Shown here piece by piece: positions 1-14,050 of a stretch of 64,000 bases of DNA (the first letter of the stretch is position 1; each line of letters begins with the position of its first letter). The DNA is taken from positions 143,530,001 through 143,594,000 of the forward strand of contig OX597815.1 in NCBI GenBank assembly GCA_951406725.2, given 5' to 3'. Position numbers and translations under genes: made by a program. Under the pieces are notes generated by a model. It made no database searches and had not been told where the DNA came from. It saw only the letters and a list, made by a program, of their open reading frames with translations. The stretch comes from Octopus vulgaris (lineage: Eukaryota).

Positions 1-106
1 CTCTGAATGTAGTTGGCAGACGAAATACTGCTAAGCATTTCACCCAGCATGCTAACAATTCTGCTAGTTCGCCGCCTTGATAATTATAATAATACTAATA
101 ATAGTA

Positions 107-147
<41 letters not shown>

Positions 148-1022
148 GATGATGGTGAAGAGGAGGGGGAAGAGGAGGATGAAGACAAGTGAGCAGAAAC
201 ATGCATGTGCATTTAGTATGCATTATGTACGCTAGGGGACATTTCTATCGTATGGGCAACAACCAGGACTGACGAGCCAAGCTAGGATCTCAGGGACTGA
301 TGAAGAGTTTTGTTAAGGACAAAAACACAAGAACAACAACAACAACAACAGCAACGTTAACATCAACAATGACAACAACAACAACAACAATAACAATAAT
401 AAATTTACTTGTAACTATGCTAGTATTATCAATAATGGGAATGATCAATGTAATGGTGATGGTGGTGGTGGTGGTGGAATTAGCAGTTCTTTCTGCTTTG
501 AACAGGCAGTGCGTCACCTAGCATATTTGGTTGTTTAGAGTCAAATACAGCCAATTGTCTTTGGGTTTTTTTTTTTTTTTTTTTTAATATACCCAATAAA
601 ATGAAAGGCAAAAATGAATATTTGCAGTACTTGAACCTAGAATAACAAGGCTCTGAACCAGTCATTGTATAACTGTTCCCTAGTTCAGAGTTTTATAGCT
701 AGTGATCCAGCCTGTGCTTGATAGTAAGGATGATAAGAATTTAGTTTAACATTAGCAAAAGGCCATCAATTTGAAAGGGAAATTGTAACTCAGTAACTGA
801 ATTCATCAACTTCGTTGCATAACTGGTCATTTATCTTCTTATTCATGGAGCGATGAAAAGAAAAGTTGATTGCAGCAGGATATGAACACAAATTACTTCT
901 AAAGCAGGCCTGCGAATATATTTGATTACATTGATCCCAGTAATTGACCGGTACTTTATTTTATCAACCCCCACCAGAAGGAAGAAAAACAAAAGTCAAC
1001 TCAAGTGGAATTTGTACTCAGT

Positions 1023-1058
<36 letters not shown>

Positions 1059-1067
1059 CAAATTATG

Positions 1068-1112
<45 letters not shown>

Positions 1113-1706
1113 TCGATGATGATATCATAAAGCAACAAGTATAGTTGTAATTTTAGTGCCAATATATGGTGGTGATGGTGATGAAGGTGACGATGATGAT
1201 GATGACATGGAGGCGAAGGATTGTAATAGTAATAATAATAGTAATAAAAATATCAATAATGATAATAATAATAATAATAATAATGTTCAAAGTGAAAGTC
1301 ACAAAGATGAGAAAGTATGGAATGAGCAATGTAATCCAAAAGAGATCCGTCAGATTTTCATTGTAGCTAAAGCGTCTGGTTGTCGTGGTTATCTACCCTG
1401 AAGAGCTGATGGGGTTGGAGTCCCTGTCAGCAGGTACCGAGGAGACAGCATCCTTTTGTACTTCTGTACGTGGTGTAGCCGATGGTAGATTTGGCCCGGG
1501 GTATACGATGTCCATTTAAAGGCTAGGGTAGTGGTGACGATAGTAGTAGTGGTAGTAGTAGTAGAAGTACTAGTAGTTGTAGTAGTAGTAGTGGTAGTGG
1601 TAGTAGTGATGATGGTGGTAGTGGTACTAGTAGTAGTGGTGGTGGTTTTATCCCGCGACCCATAATTTTTTGTAATACGTTTTTGTATATATATTTGCCG
1701 TCAATA

Positions 1707-1769
1707 TTACGATGTTGTTGTTGGGGCGGACGGGACAGCGCTATTTGGTTTCCATGTGATGATATACCC
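1707..1769 (-). CDS. Candidate last coding exon E2 (GYIITWKPNSAVPSAPTTTS-stop)
   Basis: Strong acceptor ttttttttgtttgtttgcag|GGG, phase 0 fits exon D. CpG-retaining unique sequence continues to about 1340. Reading frame and gene membership are uncertain. Confidence 0.4.
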   Translation of the reverse strand, partial: GYIITWKPNSAVPSAPTTTS

Positions 1770-2414
1770 CTGCAAACAAACAAAAAAAATAACAGGGAGA
1801 TAGTTGATCATTCTGGTTGTTTATAGGTTTACAGGGAAGGGTGGGATTGGGTGGGGTTGGAAACGACAAGCGTTAGGGAGATTTTTTGAGTAAAGCTGAA
1901 ATGGCTTTACAGAAAAATGGACCAAACCGGATGAGGGATTAGGGGAGAAGGCGGGAGACAATATAGGGGCCTCAGATGAGAATATTAAGTAATACAAGTG
2001 GGCTGGGGGAAAACAATAGGATATTTTTGCTTGTACACTCATAAAACACCCATAAACTACACGCACACTTAACACACAACTGTGCATGCATACACATAAA
2101 TTCCTACACACAGAGATAGTGCACACATGCAGGCACATTCATACATACCTACATAAACACACATACACATTTACACACATATTTCCATACAGAGGTACAC
2201 AATCATATGCACAATACATCAAAGAACACAATATATCAAAATTAAAATTCCACACCACAAGTTGTAGTTTTCTTACCAAACATATTTGAAATAATGCATG
2301 TACACTTATACTTAACAAGATCAGGTACACTCAGATGTTGCGCATCCTTCATAGCCATATAAGAACAATATATAGGAGCAGCAAATAGTAAATATCTATC
2401 TATCTATCTATCTA

Positions 2415-2527
2415 TAGCTGAAAAATCTTCACAAACTGTTACTCAGAGTTTCAAGTTGGTGACAACTGCCTGACAAACGATAACATTAAACTCTTGAGTA
2501 ACAGTTTGTGAAGATTTCTTTACAGCT
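2415..2527. repeat. Hairpin/foldback repeat
   Basis: aaatcttcacaaactgttactcagagttt versus aaactcttgagtaacagtttgtgaagattt. Confidence 0.8.
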
Positions 2528-2687
2528 TCAATACAATCATGTTACTCTACCCTCAGTATTCGAGTACTATTTTTTCACCTTGTTTTGCATTTCTGTGCTT
2601 ACTCGTGTGTGAGTGTATAAATATATATATATATTTTATTTTTGGATTTGGCTTGCAAGATTCTTTATGTAAATTCGTGTGTTGAAG

Positions 2688-2888
2688 CATATTTCATTGT
2701 GCCTGGGGAGAGTCAGTCTCTTTTAGTGCCTTATTATTTAACACATTCACCGGTTCAATTTCCACTCTTTTACTTATTTATTTATTCTTTTTCTATAAAT
2801 AAGTAAATGAGTGGAAATTGAACTGGCAAGTGTGTTAAATAATAAGGCAGTGAAAAAGAATGACTCTCCCCAGACACAATAAAATATG
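2688..2888. repeat. Palindrome with about 90-bp arms
   Basis: catatttcattgtgcctggggagagtca..tttacttattta is mirrored by taaataagtaaa..tgactctccccagacacaataaaatatg. Confidence 0.85.
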
Positions 2889-4876
2889 TATGTGAGTGTG
2901 TGTGTGTATCATCATCATCATCATCATTGTTTAACATCCGCTTTCTATGCTGGGTTTGTCTTTTTGACTGCGACCTGGCAAGCCAGATGGTTGCATGTAA
3001 TAGAGTACAATATAAAGCTCATCCATTTTCAGATTTTCACTTGTGCTATCCAATAGTAGTATTATACGCACATCCACTTTTGCATTTGGGCTTCTGTCAT
3101 GTGTGAATAGATAACTGTAAAACTTTGGAGTCAACACGAAAGAGTACAGTTGGACATTTATTTTCAATTGCTACAATTGCTTCTATGCAATGTAGTTCTC
3201 CAGGCATGCAGGTATTTGATTATGCAACCATTTCCCTGCATTATGAGATTTAGTTGTGTTTTCTCAAGCAATATGTAAATATTGTCTCCGTAAGTTCAAA
3301 TTCTTGGCTTCAAGAGCATCCTCTCTGTCTGTCATGACCTGGACTTAGTAGTAGCCACTGAGTTTATCAAGAGCCTGTTGTTGCTGAAGGACCACTGGCA
3401 AACTTTTTTATTCAATTACACATACACACACACACATATATATATATATAATCATCATTATCATCATCATCCTCATCATTTACTGTCCATTGTCCATGCT
3501 GGCATGAGTTGGATGGTTTGACGAGGGCTGGCAAGCTGAGGGGCTGCACCAAACTCCAGTCTGATTTGGTATGGTTTCTATGGCTGGATGCCCTTCTTAA
3601 TGCCAACCACTCCAAAAGTGTAAAGGGTGCTTTTACGTGTCACCAGCATGGGTGCCAGTTGCATGAGACCAGTATCTGCCATGACTACAATTTCACTGGG
3701 CTTGGTGGTCCTGCTTCTCAAGCATGGCATATTGTCAAAGGTCTTGGGCATTTCTCATTGCCTCCATAAAGGTACCGGTATGGTTAAGGGTTTCAGTTTG
3801 CAGCCACTTGGCTTCAGTTTCAGCCCACACTGCATGATACCTTGGACAAGTATCTTCTACAACAGCTCTGGGCCAATCAATGCCTCAGAATCAATTTGCC
3901 AAACAAAAGCTGTGTGGAAGCACATAATATGTGCATGTGAATGCCTTTATGTATATTTGTCCCCTTAACAACCAGTGTAAGTTTGTTTGCATTCCCATCA
4001 CTTAGTAGTTTGGTAAAAGAACTAACAGTATACTTAGAATAGCACTGGGGTCAATTTGTTCAAATAAACCCTTCATGGTGGTGTCCCTGTATGGCTGCTG
4101 TTCAATGACTGAAACAAGTAAATTAAAAAATGCATTGTTTATCATTTTCATTTTTATATCCAACTTTTCCATTGAGGGGTCAGATTCATTACATCAGTTC
4201 CAGTACTTGACTGGTACTTTATTTTATTGATCCAGGAGGGATGGAAAGCAAAACTGACCTTAGTGGGATCTGAACTCAGAGCTGGAACAATTACTGCAAA
4301 GCTTGATATCCCAATATCATTAGCATTATCAAAGCCTGATATCCCAATATCATATACAATATAGAGTTTGATGTCATGATAATATTAGCAGTAAGAGATT
4401 GCTTGATAGATTTAATCTGCTAATCCATTTTAATGCCATCAAGTGGCCTCTGTGTGCCTTTAATGAAGAACATTTAGTTTGCAAACATCTGAGCCATAAC
4501 TCTGATTTGAGTATACCTTTTTTAGTTGCTCCAATTTATCGTAGAGCACCACCTTTAGTCGAATAAATCAACTCTAGGACATATTCTTTGTAAGCTTAGT
4601 ACTTATTCTATCATTCTCTTTTGCTGAATCACTAAGTTACGGGGACGCAAACACACCAGCACCGGTTGTCAATTGTTGGTGGGGTACAAATACATACATA
4701 TATACACACACATACGACAGGCTTCTTTCAGATTTCCGGCCACCAAATCCACTCACAAGGCTTTAGTCAGCCCGAGACTATAGTGGAAGACACTTGCCCA
4801 AGATGCCACACAGTGGGACTGAACCCAGAACCATGTGGTTGGGAAGCAAGCTTCTTACAACACAGCCATTCCTGTG

Positions 4877-4918
<42 letters not shown>

Positions 4919-5169
4919 CTTGTTTCAGTCATTAGACTGTGGCCATGCTGGGATGCCACTTTGTAGAATTTTCAGCTGAATGTATCGACCCCAGTACTTA
5001 CTTTTTATAAGCCTGGTGCTTATTCTATTGATCTTTTTTTGCCAAATCACTAAGTTACAGGAACATGAACTCACCAGCACCGGTTGACAAGCAGCACCGG
5101 TTGTCCAGGTGTGGAGACAAACACAGACACAAAGACACACACACATAGATATATATATTTACATTGCCC

Positions 5170-8100
5170 TTTTGCAGATTACCTTGATGACAAATGACAA
5201 TGAAATCATTGTCATGGTATTGGTGACTTGAATGGACATGTTGAGCAATAGCCCAATGGATTCCAGGGCATACAAAGAGGTTACTGCTTTGATTCTAGAA
5301 AAGAGGAGCAAACAAGCTTGCTGGAACTCTGAAATGCAAATGACTCGATGATCTCAAGAAAGTAACCAGTCTACCTGATCACCTATCAATCTGGTGAGCA
5401 CATAGGCCAGATTAACAACATTCTCACCAGAAAAGAGGATAGAAAAGATACTCATGAATGCAAAGTCTTTCCCAAGTAAAGAATGTAAATCCAACATAGG
5501 TTAGAGGCTCATGACGACAAACTTAAATCTCAGAAAGACTCAGAGACACAAACCAATCTGGAAACGGAAAATATGGGAGCTTAAAGATTCAGCAAACAGA
5601 AATATAGAGAGGTTCTTGTTGAAGCATTTGACGAAAAGGAGGAGATAAAAAAGGTGTAGCATAGTGGAAAACTGGAATTTCTTACATGACAACCTACTGA
5701 GGAATACAGACCAGATCTGTGGTTCCTGCAGAGTCCTGGCCTGACCAAGAGTGATGTCGTAGTGGAAGAGTGAAGTTGACAGAGCTATAAAAGTGAAAAG
5801 ACAGGCTTGGGAAATATGGAAAATGCCAGTTAGCTAGGAGAGAGATACTAGGCATCAGGTTTAGATAGCAAGTGGACAGTAAGATGTTTGCCAATGTTCT
5901 ACAGTGTATGGATCAAAGGCATGAGGTGTTCTGGATTACAAGAGTGTATCAGAGAGAACCAAGATGTTGTAGGTGAGAAACATGTGAAGAGAGACAGTGG
6001 TACATTTGCACTTATTGATTCTGAGAACAAAGAAACATGGAATTGTTACTATGAAATGTGAAGAATGCAAAGGAGAAAGAGGATCTTCCCAACATGGATC
6101 CAACAGAAAGATCAACTATCTTTATTGACAGCAGTATGCTAGATAAAGCAACTAAGGACATGATGACAGAGAAAGCCCTTGGTCAATTAGGAATTGCCAT
6201 TGAGATGCTTAAAATATCTGGAGGAGTTGGCTACAGCCTAGTCACCCATATAATCAATCATGTTATACAGGAAGGTGTTACACCCAATGACTAGCATAGC
6301 AGTAATCATCATAAACTGTTGCAAGGATAAAGAAATGCCTTAGACAGAAGTAATTATAGAGTTATCAAATTGCTGGACCAGGTTGAGAAAGTTACAGAGA
6401 GTTTTAACCCAATTAATTAAGAAGATAATTAATTTAGATGAGAAAATGTCTGGTTTTATGCCAAGAAGTACTACTAACATGCACTTTCTAGTAAGACAAC
6501 TGTGGGAGAAGTGTTTAATTAAAAGTAAGCCTATGTACTTGGATTTTATTGTGTGGAGAAAACCTTCAACAGAGCCCCTCACTCTACGATCAGGTGTTTT
6601 CTGAGAGGGCTAGAGGTAATCAAATAAGCTACACAAACCATATACAGGAGCACTGTCAGTGAGGTAAGAGTTAGCAATGTGAATAGTAACAAATTTAGTG
6701 TACAGATAGGAGTTCACCAGGGATCGATTCTTAGTCCCCTCCTATTCATTGTACTCCCCCAGACCATAACAGAAGATTTTAAGACTAGTTGCCTTTGGGA
6801 ATTAATATATGCTGCTAACCTCAGTCTTATAATGGAATCAGTTACAGAACTAGAAAAGAAATTCCAGGTGTAGAAGCAAAGTTTGGAATCAAAGGTCCTT
6901 AAAATCAACTTAGCAAAATCCCAAGTTCTCGAAAGCAGGAAAACAGATAGGATTCTAATCCCTTCAAGAATATGGTCCTACTTGATATGTAAGGAAGATA
7001 CAATATGTAGGGAAATTCCATACAATGTACCCAATGCAAATTATGGACATGCAAGAGGTGCAGTGGAATCACAGGAAGATTAAGAGAGAAAGCAGACTCT
7101 GTATGTGCCACAGCAATAAATACTAGGTATATATAGCAAAGAGATTCTCTCAAATACCCAGGACATTCCTTAGAGGTAGTAGATACTTTCTGTTACCAAT
7201 TGGCAGTGGAAGAGGTTCCAGAGGTACAAATGGTAGAATAAAAATAGAATGGAAAACGTTCAGGGAGTTATTACTTGTGTTAGTAGCAAAAAGTATCTCC
7301 CTCAGAGTGAAAGGCAAATTGTACAATGCTTGTGTATGAAATACAATGCTACATACAGCAAGACATGGGCCCCAAATGCAGAGGACATGCAAAGACAAGA
7401 CAGAAATGAAGCTAGTATGTTCTGATGGATGAGGGATGATGGATATGCATGTACAACAAAATGCAAATTTATCAAAAGAAAAATTAGGATTAAGAGGAAT
7501 CAGATGTAGTGTGCAAGAAAGAAGGCTGTACTAGCATGGTCATTGCAATGCTTATGGGTGATGATAATTGTATAAAGAAGTGTCAATCATTAAGTGTGGA
7601 TGGAACTAGTAGAAGAGAGAAGACATGGGAAAAAGTTGTGAAGTCTGATCTCAAGACATTGAATCTCACAGTGAAGATGAAGAATGACCAAGATGATTGC
7701 ATTTCGCTATGCTCAATAAGACCCATCTGTCAAGACCAAAGTGAAGTTTTAAAAGCATTTGTCCTACATCTATAGTCTCACTGGGTCATACTCCTACACT
7801 TGATCTGTCCATGTCATTTTCCCTACCTCTCATATTCATCCCTGTGTCACTCATTTAACTATGGTATTATTCGGGTGCTGAAACCATATGATAACAAAAT
7901 CTGCACTTATTACTTCTCCTTTGTACTACTAATTATTCTCTCTCTCTCTGAAAACACATCCTTTAGCATCTATCCCTCATTCTCAATAACATACTTTCTC
8001 ACTTTATTTTCTGCTGATTACTTTCCTGTGCTTCTAGCGATCTCTACCTCTCCTCTGAGTTACAACTTAAGACTGCCATACTTCATCTTTAACATATCTG

Positions 8101-8945
8101 CTATTGCTCTGAACACCCTCCTAAATCTTCCAGCAATGCCTGCCACCTCCGTCCTCATCTCATTATAACTACCACTACATACCTCTGACCTCCATCTCTG
8201 CCCCTGTACATCCTTCTCTCTCCCACACGTCGCCATCCACGCATCATCTCACTGTTTTCTGATCTATCTATAGGTTTTCCCTATTTTCCGATCTATCTGC
8301 AGGTTCATTATACTCTCCACCCTTTCTGTACAACTTCTCCTCATCACCTCCTCCTTCCTGAGTTTATTTCGGCTAGCTTCACCCCGATACTAATATTTAC
8401 CATCAAGTACACTTCCACCCTTAAACATTATTTACTACAATAACCGCTACACCCATTTCTAACCAACCTTCCAATCCTCAGCCCATATTCTCTCTTACAC
8501 TCATCTTGTATCTTGAGAATATGCTCTCACATTCCATCACCCAATATGTTTATCTTTTCCCCAGCTATTTCTATGAACTCCTTAATAGCATGAAGCAGCC
8601 ATGTATCTCTTCTATTGCAAAACACCTATGCTTGTCCCCCTGTCACACTTTAGCCTCTCAACACCTGGCATAGAGTTACCTCCCTCTCTTCTACAACTCC
8701 CCATTTGGCTGAGGTGAGGGGGGGGGGCTTATATTTCCTTTTAGTCTCATAAGTTACTTGGTGTCCTCACTGGTGTGGGTGTCACAAAAGAAGCACCCAG
8801 TAGACTTTCGAGAGTGATTGCAATTAGGAAGGGCATCCGGCCAGTAGAAACCATGCTAATGCAGACAGTGGTGCTTTATGAGGTCCTTCTGTTCTGTTGG
8901 ATCCCATCAAGCCAATACCATTAAATGATGACGATAACGATGATA
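5170..8945 (+). mobile_element. Decayed RTE-clade LINE (endonuclease end, RT, long pyrimidine-rich 3' UTR, (ATG)n-like tail)
   Basis: Frameshifted motifs GDLNGHV (about 5222), GFMPRSTT, GVHQGSILSPLLF, LIYAANL (YADD box), C-terminal RREKTWEKVV. 3' end with the ttaggaagggcatcc motif and ttaaatgatgacgat tail. Confidence 0.9.
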
Positions 8946-9739
8946 ATGTTGCTGCTGCTGCTCATGATGGTGATGATAGTGATATATAGTTTGATATAGT
9001 GATATCATTAGCAACCATTACATATAAGATGGATTATTTGATACAGCAATATCATTAGCAAGTATTATATAAATAGCTGGCTTGATATAGTCATTAACAG
9101 GGTTTCATACAGTGATACCATACACACACACACACACTGATAAAATGATATCAGTAGCAATAGTTACTAGGTTTGTTGTGGGATAAATTATGGCAAATAT
9201 TTCCATCCTTGGCCATTGTTGTTGTTGCTGCTGTTTCTGTTGTAGTTCTGGTTATTGCTATAACTATTATCCTTTAGTTAGTTACTCCAACCATCTACCC
9301 ATCAAAACAACCACCAAATGCTACCCCCAGCCCCCTTACCCGTCCCTCATACTTCTGGCTGTTGTCCTCCTCAGTAAAGCTAATACAGAAAGCAATAGGG
9401 TTAAGAAGTCAACCAGCCAGCCTGCCAGCCAGCCAGTAGTGAATCACTTTGTACATCACTACCACCACTACTATCGCAGCTACTAATACTACTGCTGCTG
9501 CAGCTGCTACTACTACAGATACGGCACTGCTGCTGCGGCTACTACTACTACTGCTGCTGCTGCTATTACTACTATTACTACTGTTACTATTGTTACTGTG
9601 TCTGTAGCCAGAGGGCCATGTCTCGCCTGTCTGTCTATCTTATATAGCAACTGTGCAGTAGTGATGGTGCTGCTACTGATGGCGATGGTGCAGTGGGGTG
9701 GGGGAGGTCTAAAAGTAGGTTAGTGGTAGTTGTGTCAGA

Positions 9740-10270
9740 GAGGAAGAGAGCATGAGAGAGGGGGGCGAGCTAAAAGACAATAGCAGTAATGAATGAGTAA
9801 CGGGAGGAATAGGAAGAGAGAATACGGGGAGAGGAATCAAAGAAGAGGAGAGTGTTTGAGGGGGAAGTAAAAGGTACAGATGATAGAAAGAGAGAGAATG
9901 TCAGAGGGGATATAGATGATAAAGAGAATGTGAGAGAAGGACAGAATCGATAGAGAGAGAGAGAGAGAGAGTGAAGAAGATTGTCAAAAAAAAAAAAGGA
10001 ACATAGAGACGAGAATGTGAGAAGGAGGACCGAGATGATAGTGTGAGAAGAGGAGAGAAAAGAAGAGAGAATGTTAGTAAAATCCAAGAGAGAAAGTGCG
10101 ATTGACTCGTTGGATGAGAGAGGATGAGGATAAGGAACAGAGAGGGATAGAGAGAAATGAAATTGTGGATGAAAGAGATGAGAGAGAAGATGGAGGGAGA
10201 CAAACAGAGTAGATAACAGAGAGAAGAGTGAAAGAAAATTAGAATGATAGAGACAGAATTGAAGGAAGTA
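9740..10270. repeat. Long purine-rich low-complexity tract
   Basis: About 500 bp of mostly G/A on the + strand; source of the spurious 9770 and 9901 ORFs. Confidence 0.8.
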
Positions 10271-11084
10271 GATGTTATTTTTGGTGGTGGTGGTGGTGGT
10301 GGTAGTAGTAGTAGTAGTAGCAGCAGCTTTGTGGTGGTGATTGTGATAGTGATTATGAAATTATGTTTATTGTTGGATATATTCGAAGTGATGGTGACTG
10401 TTGTATAAATAATGATGGAGATGACGGTAATGCTGGTGATAATGGTGATGCTGGTGATGGTGATTGTTGTGTTGATGTCTGCTGAAACAGCCGAACGATA
10501 AAATATAAACAAGTGTTTGAGTGATCGATTCAAGTAGACAGAGTGAGAGAAAGAGAGAGAAGGGGGGGGGGGGAAACTAAGAGAGAAGACAGTCGGGTAC
10601 GGTATATGAGTGTGAGTGAGTATGACATGATAAAGATATGTGAGAGTGTAATAGAGACATAATAAAGATGACAGAGAGTGAACGAAGAGTGGCAGACGAC
10701 AGAGATAGTTGTGAATGGTAGAAGACAGAGACAATGTGTGACAGACGACAAAAACACAACAATGTGAGTGAGACAAGCGGCAGACATAATTAATGTGAGT
10801 GTGACAGACAACAAAGACACAATGTGAGTGTGACAGTGTATGAGAGATTGAGTGTGAGTGTAACAGACGACAGACACGCTGTGAGTGTTGGAGACATCAG
10901 AGATAGAGTGCGATGACAGAAGGTATAAGTGAAAGCAGGCAGTTACAGATATATACACGGACAGACTGGGAGTGAATGAAATGACAAATGTCGGTCAGAC
11001 ATCAATAGTTCACAGTCAGACAAACATAATGTGCTATGTATACAATAAAGGTGTGGAAATTAATAACAATAACCTTAGCCTTAT

Positions 11085-11256
11085 TGCAGGTGACGGACAT
11101 TTAATGTAATATAACAAATAATGAACGCGTGTGTTCGGGTGTGTGTGTGTGGTAATATATCAGACGACCTGTATCAATGATATTTAGTCATTAAAGAGAC
11201 ATCTAACGAACGCATTCCATCTTTTATTATGCTACATTAAATATCCGTCACCTACA
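11085..11256. repeat. Small inverted repeat or MITE relic (about 40-bp arms)
   Basis: tgcaggtgacggacatttaatgtaatataa versus the reverse complement of ttatgctacattaaatatccgtcacctaca. Confidence 0.7.
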
Positions 11257-11383
11257 TCACACATCCATTTTACATTCGAGTCGCTATGTGATCAATCGCT
11301 CTATCTGCTAGAAACGGCAACTAAATCCCTCTCAAATTACACTCTACCGTCTTCAAGTTAAAAGCGAAACATTAAATAATATA

Positions 11384-11630
11384 GGGATCTTTTCGGTTTG
11401 AACGGCAGTTTTTAACATAGTTTCTAGGAAACTAAAAAATTTTAAACTTCGTATACTGGTAGAATGTGTTACAAACATTATTACAAATATGTTACAAACT
11501 ACAGAATTTTCTCAAGAAAGCCAAGAGAAAATGATGTTTTATAAACACATTCTACAAGTATACGAAGTTTAAAATTTTTTAGTTACCTAGAAATTATGTT
11601 AAAAACTGCCGTTCAAACCGAAAAGATCCT
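11384..11630. mobile_element. Foldback MITE with about 87-bp near-perfect TIRs, nested in another repeat
   Basis: gggatcttttcggtttgaacggcagttttt..agaatgtgtt is mirrored at 11545-11630. AT-rich insertion site; interrupts the gctagaaa..ccctctcaaattacac repeat (11280-11700). Confidence 0.9.
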
Positions 11631-13640
11631 AATATAGTTCTAGAAACACATTGCCAGAAAGAAGAACAAGATGGTCATAGTTGGAACGCTTTTTATCATT
11701 GCTTTTCAGCATGTTGCGATGGAACAGACGAGAGTATTACAACAGACTTCACTGTCCAAAGTTCCCAAAACACCGGTTTAAAACGATAAACCGCACCCCA
11801 CCTCTCTCTCTCTCTCTGAGTGAGGAAGAAGATAGAAGTTCTGAGCTTCAGTCAAATCAGTTTTATGAAAAGTAATTTAGGGTTGCTGCTGTTGGTATGA
11901 CGTTGATGGAAGACTTTAGATTCAGATAAGTCGAACCGGAAACTGAAAGCAACTATATGTGGGGAATTTGAGGCCTTTTGTTCTGATGTACCCCCTGTGT
12001 ATCTATACGTTTTTAGCATTTGCCTTGGAATGCCCCGTGTAGCTATAAACATTTGAGGTTAGCCCCGATGTTCGTCTTTTACATTCTAAGTTCAAATCTC
12101 AAGGAGGTTAGTTTCGTATTTCATCTCTCTAGGGTTTATAAACTAAAGTACCAGAGAAGTACAGGAGTTGATTTAATCGTTGAAACGTTTACCTCAAATT
12201 TGAAACTTTGTAACCATTGTTAACAATTATGGCTAAGTGGAAGTTGGTACATGTGCGTTGTGGTACTTAGTACTGCCCTTTTCGCTCTGAGTTCGAATTC
12301 CAGGGAGGTTAATTTTTGCATTTCATCATTTCGGAACTATTATTTTTTAGCTGTAGATCACTTTTGATCGCCATCGTTCAAGCCATGACAAGTCCGTCTT
12401 TTTGCATATTCAAGACTGTTTTTCCTGTAATGGTTTGAGAGGAATGTGGTCATTATTTGTAGTGCACGAAAGAAACTCATCAATGATCCTTTTAATTTAT
12501 TTTCATGTTAGAAACCATTGTCACATAAGAGTAGAGGTTAAGATTAAATATCAGACATTTCATTACGTTCTTACTTCAGAAACCTCAAAGATCGAATAAG
12601 TGTAGGCACGCATGTTTTTGTAAACGTTTTAGCGAATGCTTTGAATATCATACACGATGTCACCATAAGAAGATACTCTCCATACAGAAAGACAAACGAG
12701 GAAACCATGTACATACACAAAAATTCCAAGAGTTTGTAATCTATCCTCAGACAGTAATATTTTAACAGGATTGACGCTTATTTCAGTAATGCAAAATCAA
12801 GAAGTGATTTTAAAAAGAAATATGTATGAAGGAACACTTCTACACAACAAGAGGAAAATAATCTAGTCCAATCCTCCATTTAGCATGGATGTAGCCACCA
12901 ACAATGATCGTAATTCTTTATCCACAATAAGACGCCTTTTTTTTTTTTTTTTTTTTTTTCACATAAGAGCAAATTCAACAAAGTCTTCAACGCTAATAAC
13001 GTTAATGTCGACAGTTCTTGTCTTGATAACATTGATTCTTAGATCTGACACTACTGCTTAGGATAGCTCCTAGCCCAACAACCAACTTGTTATTACATAA
13101 GCTTTTCAATCTAGCCGCTTAGAGGAGCGTACTTCTCCAAAGCAATGTATTAAACGAGACTCGCTGCAAACACGCTCAAAAACCGATACAACCAACAATA
13201 ACGATGATTCAGACAGAAAAACAAAGAGAATTTCGCTTCTTCGTCCTAATTCGTTTCGAAATTTAAAAAAAAAAAAAAAAAAAAAAAATACAGATCTGTA
13301 CGTGACCTCAATAACTTAATGCATCACGAAAAGAGCTACTCATTATAAGAATGGCACATGAAAATGTAAGCTGTTTGACTGGGAGATTCCAGATCCTGAA
13401 AGAGTCAGCGATATTGCTGAACAGAAGAAACATCTTTTCTCGACAACTTCCACCTGTCTAAAGTACCCGCAGAATTTCCATAATCATCAGCTCCACAACA
13501 AACATTATAGTTTAAGTGTTCTTTCCCAACAACGCAATAAATTAACAGCGGCAAAGTTATCTACAAACTACCACCTGACAAGTCTCAACCAATGAGAATG
13601 GTCTGAACCAATATCCCATCAATGCATCTCTTCGTCCAGT

Positions 13641-13655
13641 TCATTTCACCACTAC
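13641..13655 (-). CDS. Candidate last coding exon E1 (VVVK-stop), followed by about 1.1 kb of UTR-like unique sequence
   Basis: Acceptor cgttttcattcag|GTA, phase 0 fits exon D. Largely transposon-free sequence down to about 12500 with a minus-strand AATAAA near 12496-12501. Could instead be a non-coding exon of a separate transcript. Confidence 0.35.
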   Translation of the reverse strand, partial: VVVK

Positions 13656-13799
13656 CTGAATGAAAACGAGTAGAGTGGAAAACTGAGTGAATCAATTAGG
13701 TCTTTCCTAATAAATATAAACTCTACATCGTTTATAAAGTACTTTTTTCTTTTGTTTGTAAACAAAACACGTGCACATGCGTGTTGTGTGTGCCGATAT

Positions 13800-14050
13800 A
13801 TAGATATTAACCTCCATTCACTTGCTTTCTACCGAGTGAAACAGAAAGGCATACTTTAATCGGTCAGACTCGCAGACCGACATGTGAAGGTGTAAGGTGA
13901 TAAAGAAAGGCTTGAGAAGGGAACTCGCGTGCGTGTGTGTATGTGTGAGTGTGTGTGTAATTGGTTTCTGTGACAAAACACTTCCGACCTTATAACTCAT
14001 CCTCCACCCTATCAGCTACTGTTGTTCCCCTGCACCCTATCTTCACATAA
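13800..14050 (-). promoter_or_regulatory. Possible promoter or regulatory element within the CpG-retaining island
   Basis: Minus strand reads gagTTATAAGGtCGGAAGTG (TATA-like plus ETS motif, about 13979-13998), then CpG-rich sequence and a GCAA|gtgaat donor near 13821. Motif evidence only. Confidence 0.25.

Noticed and set aside
268-326. ctgacgag and ctgatgaa motifs as hammerhead cores
   Set aside because: No stem II closed by GAAA and no cleavage triplet in the right place.
9901-10776. Longest supplied ORF (291 aa)
   Set aside because: It translates GA-rich, (GGT)n and minisatellite tracts; low complexity with no domain signal.
13560-13655. In-frame TGA after VVVK as selenocysteine or readthrough
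   Set aside because: I found no convincing SECIS stem-loop or readthrough context by eye, and the frame closes again after about 27 codons.
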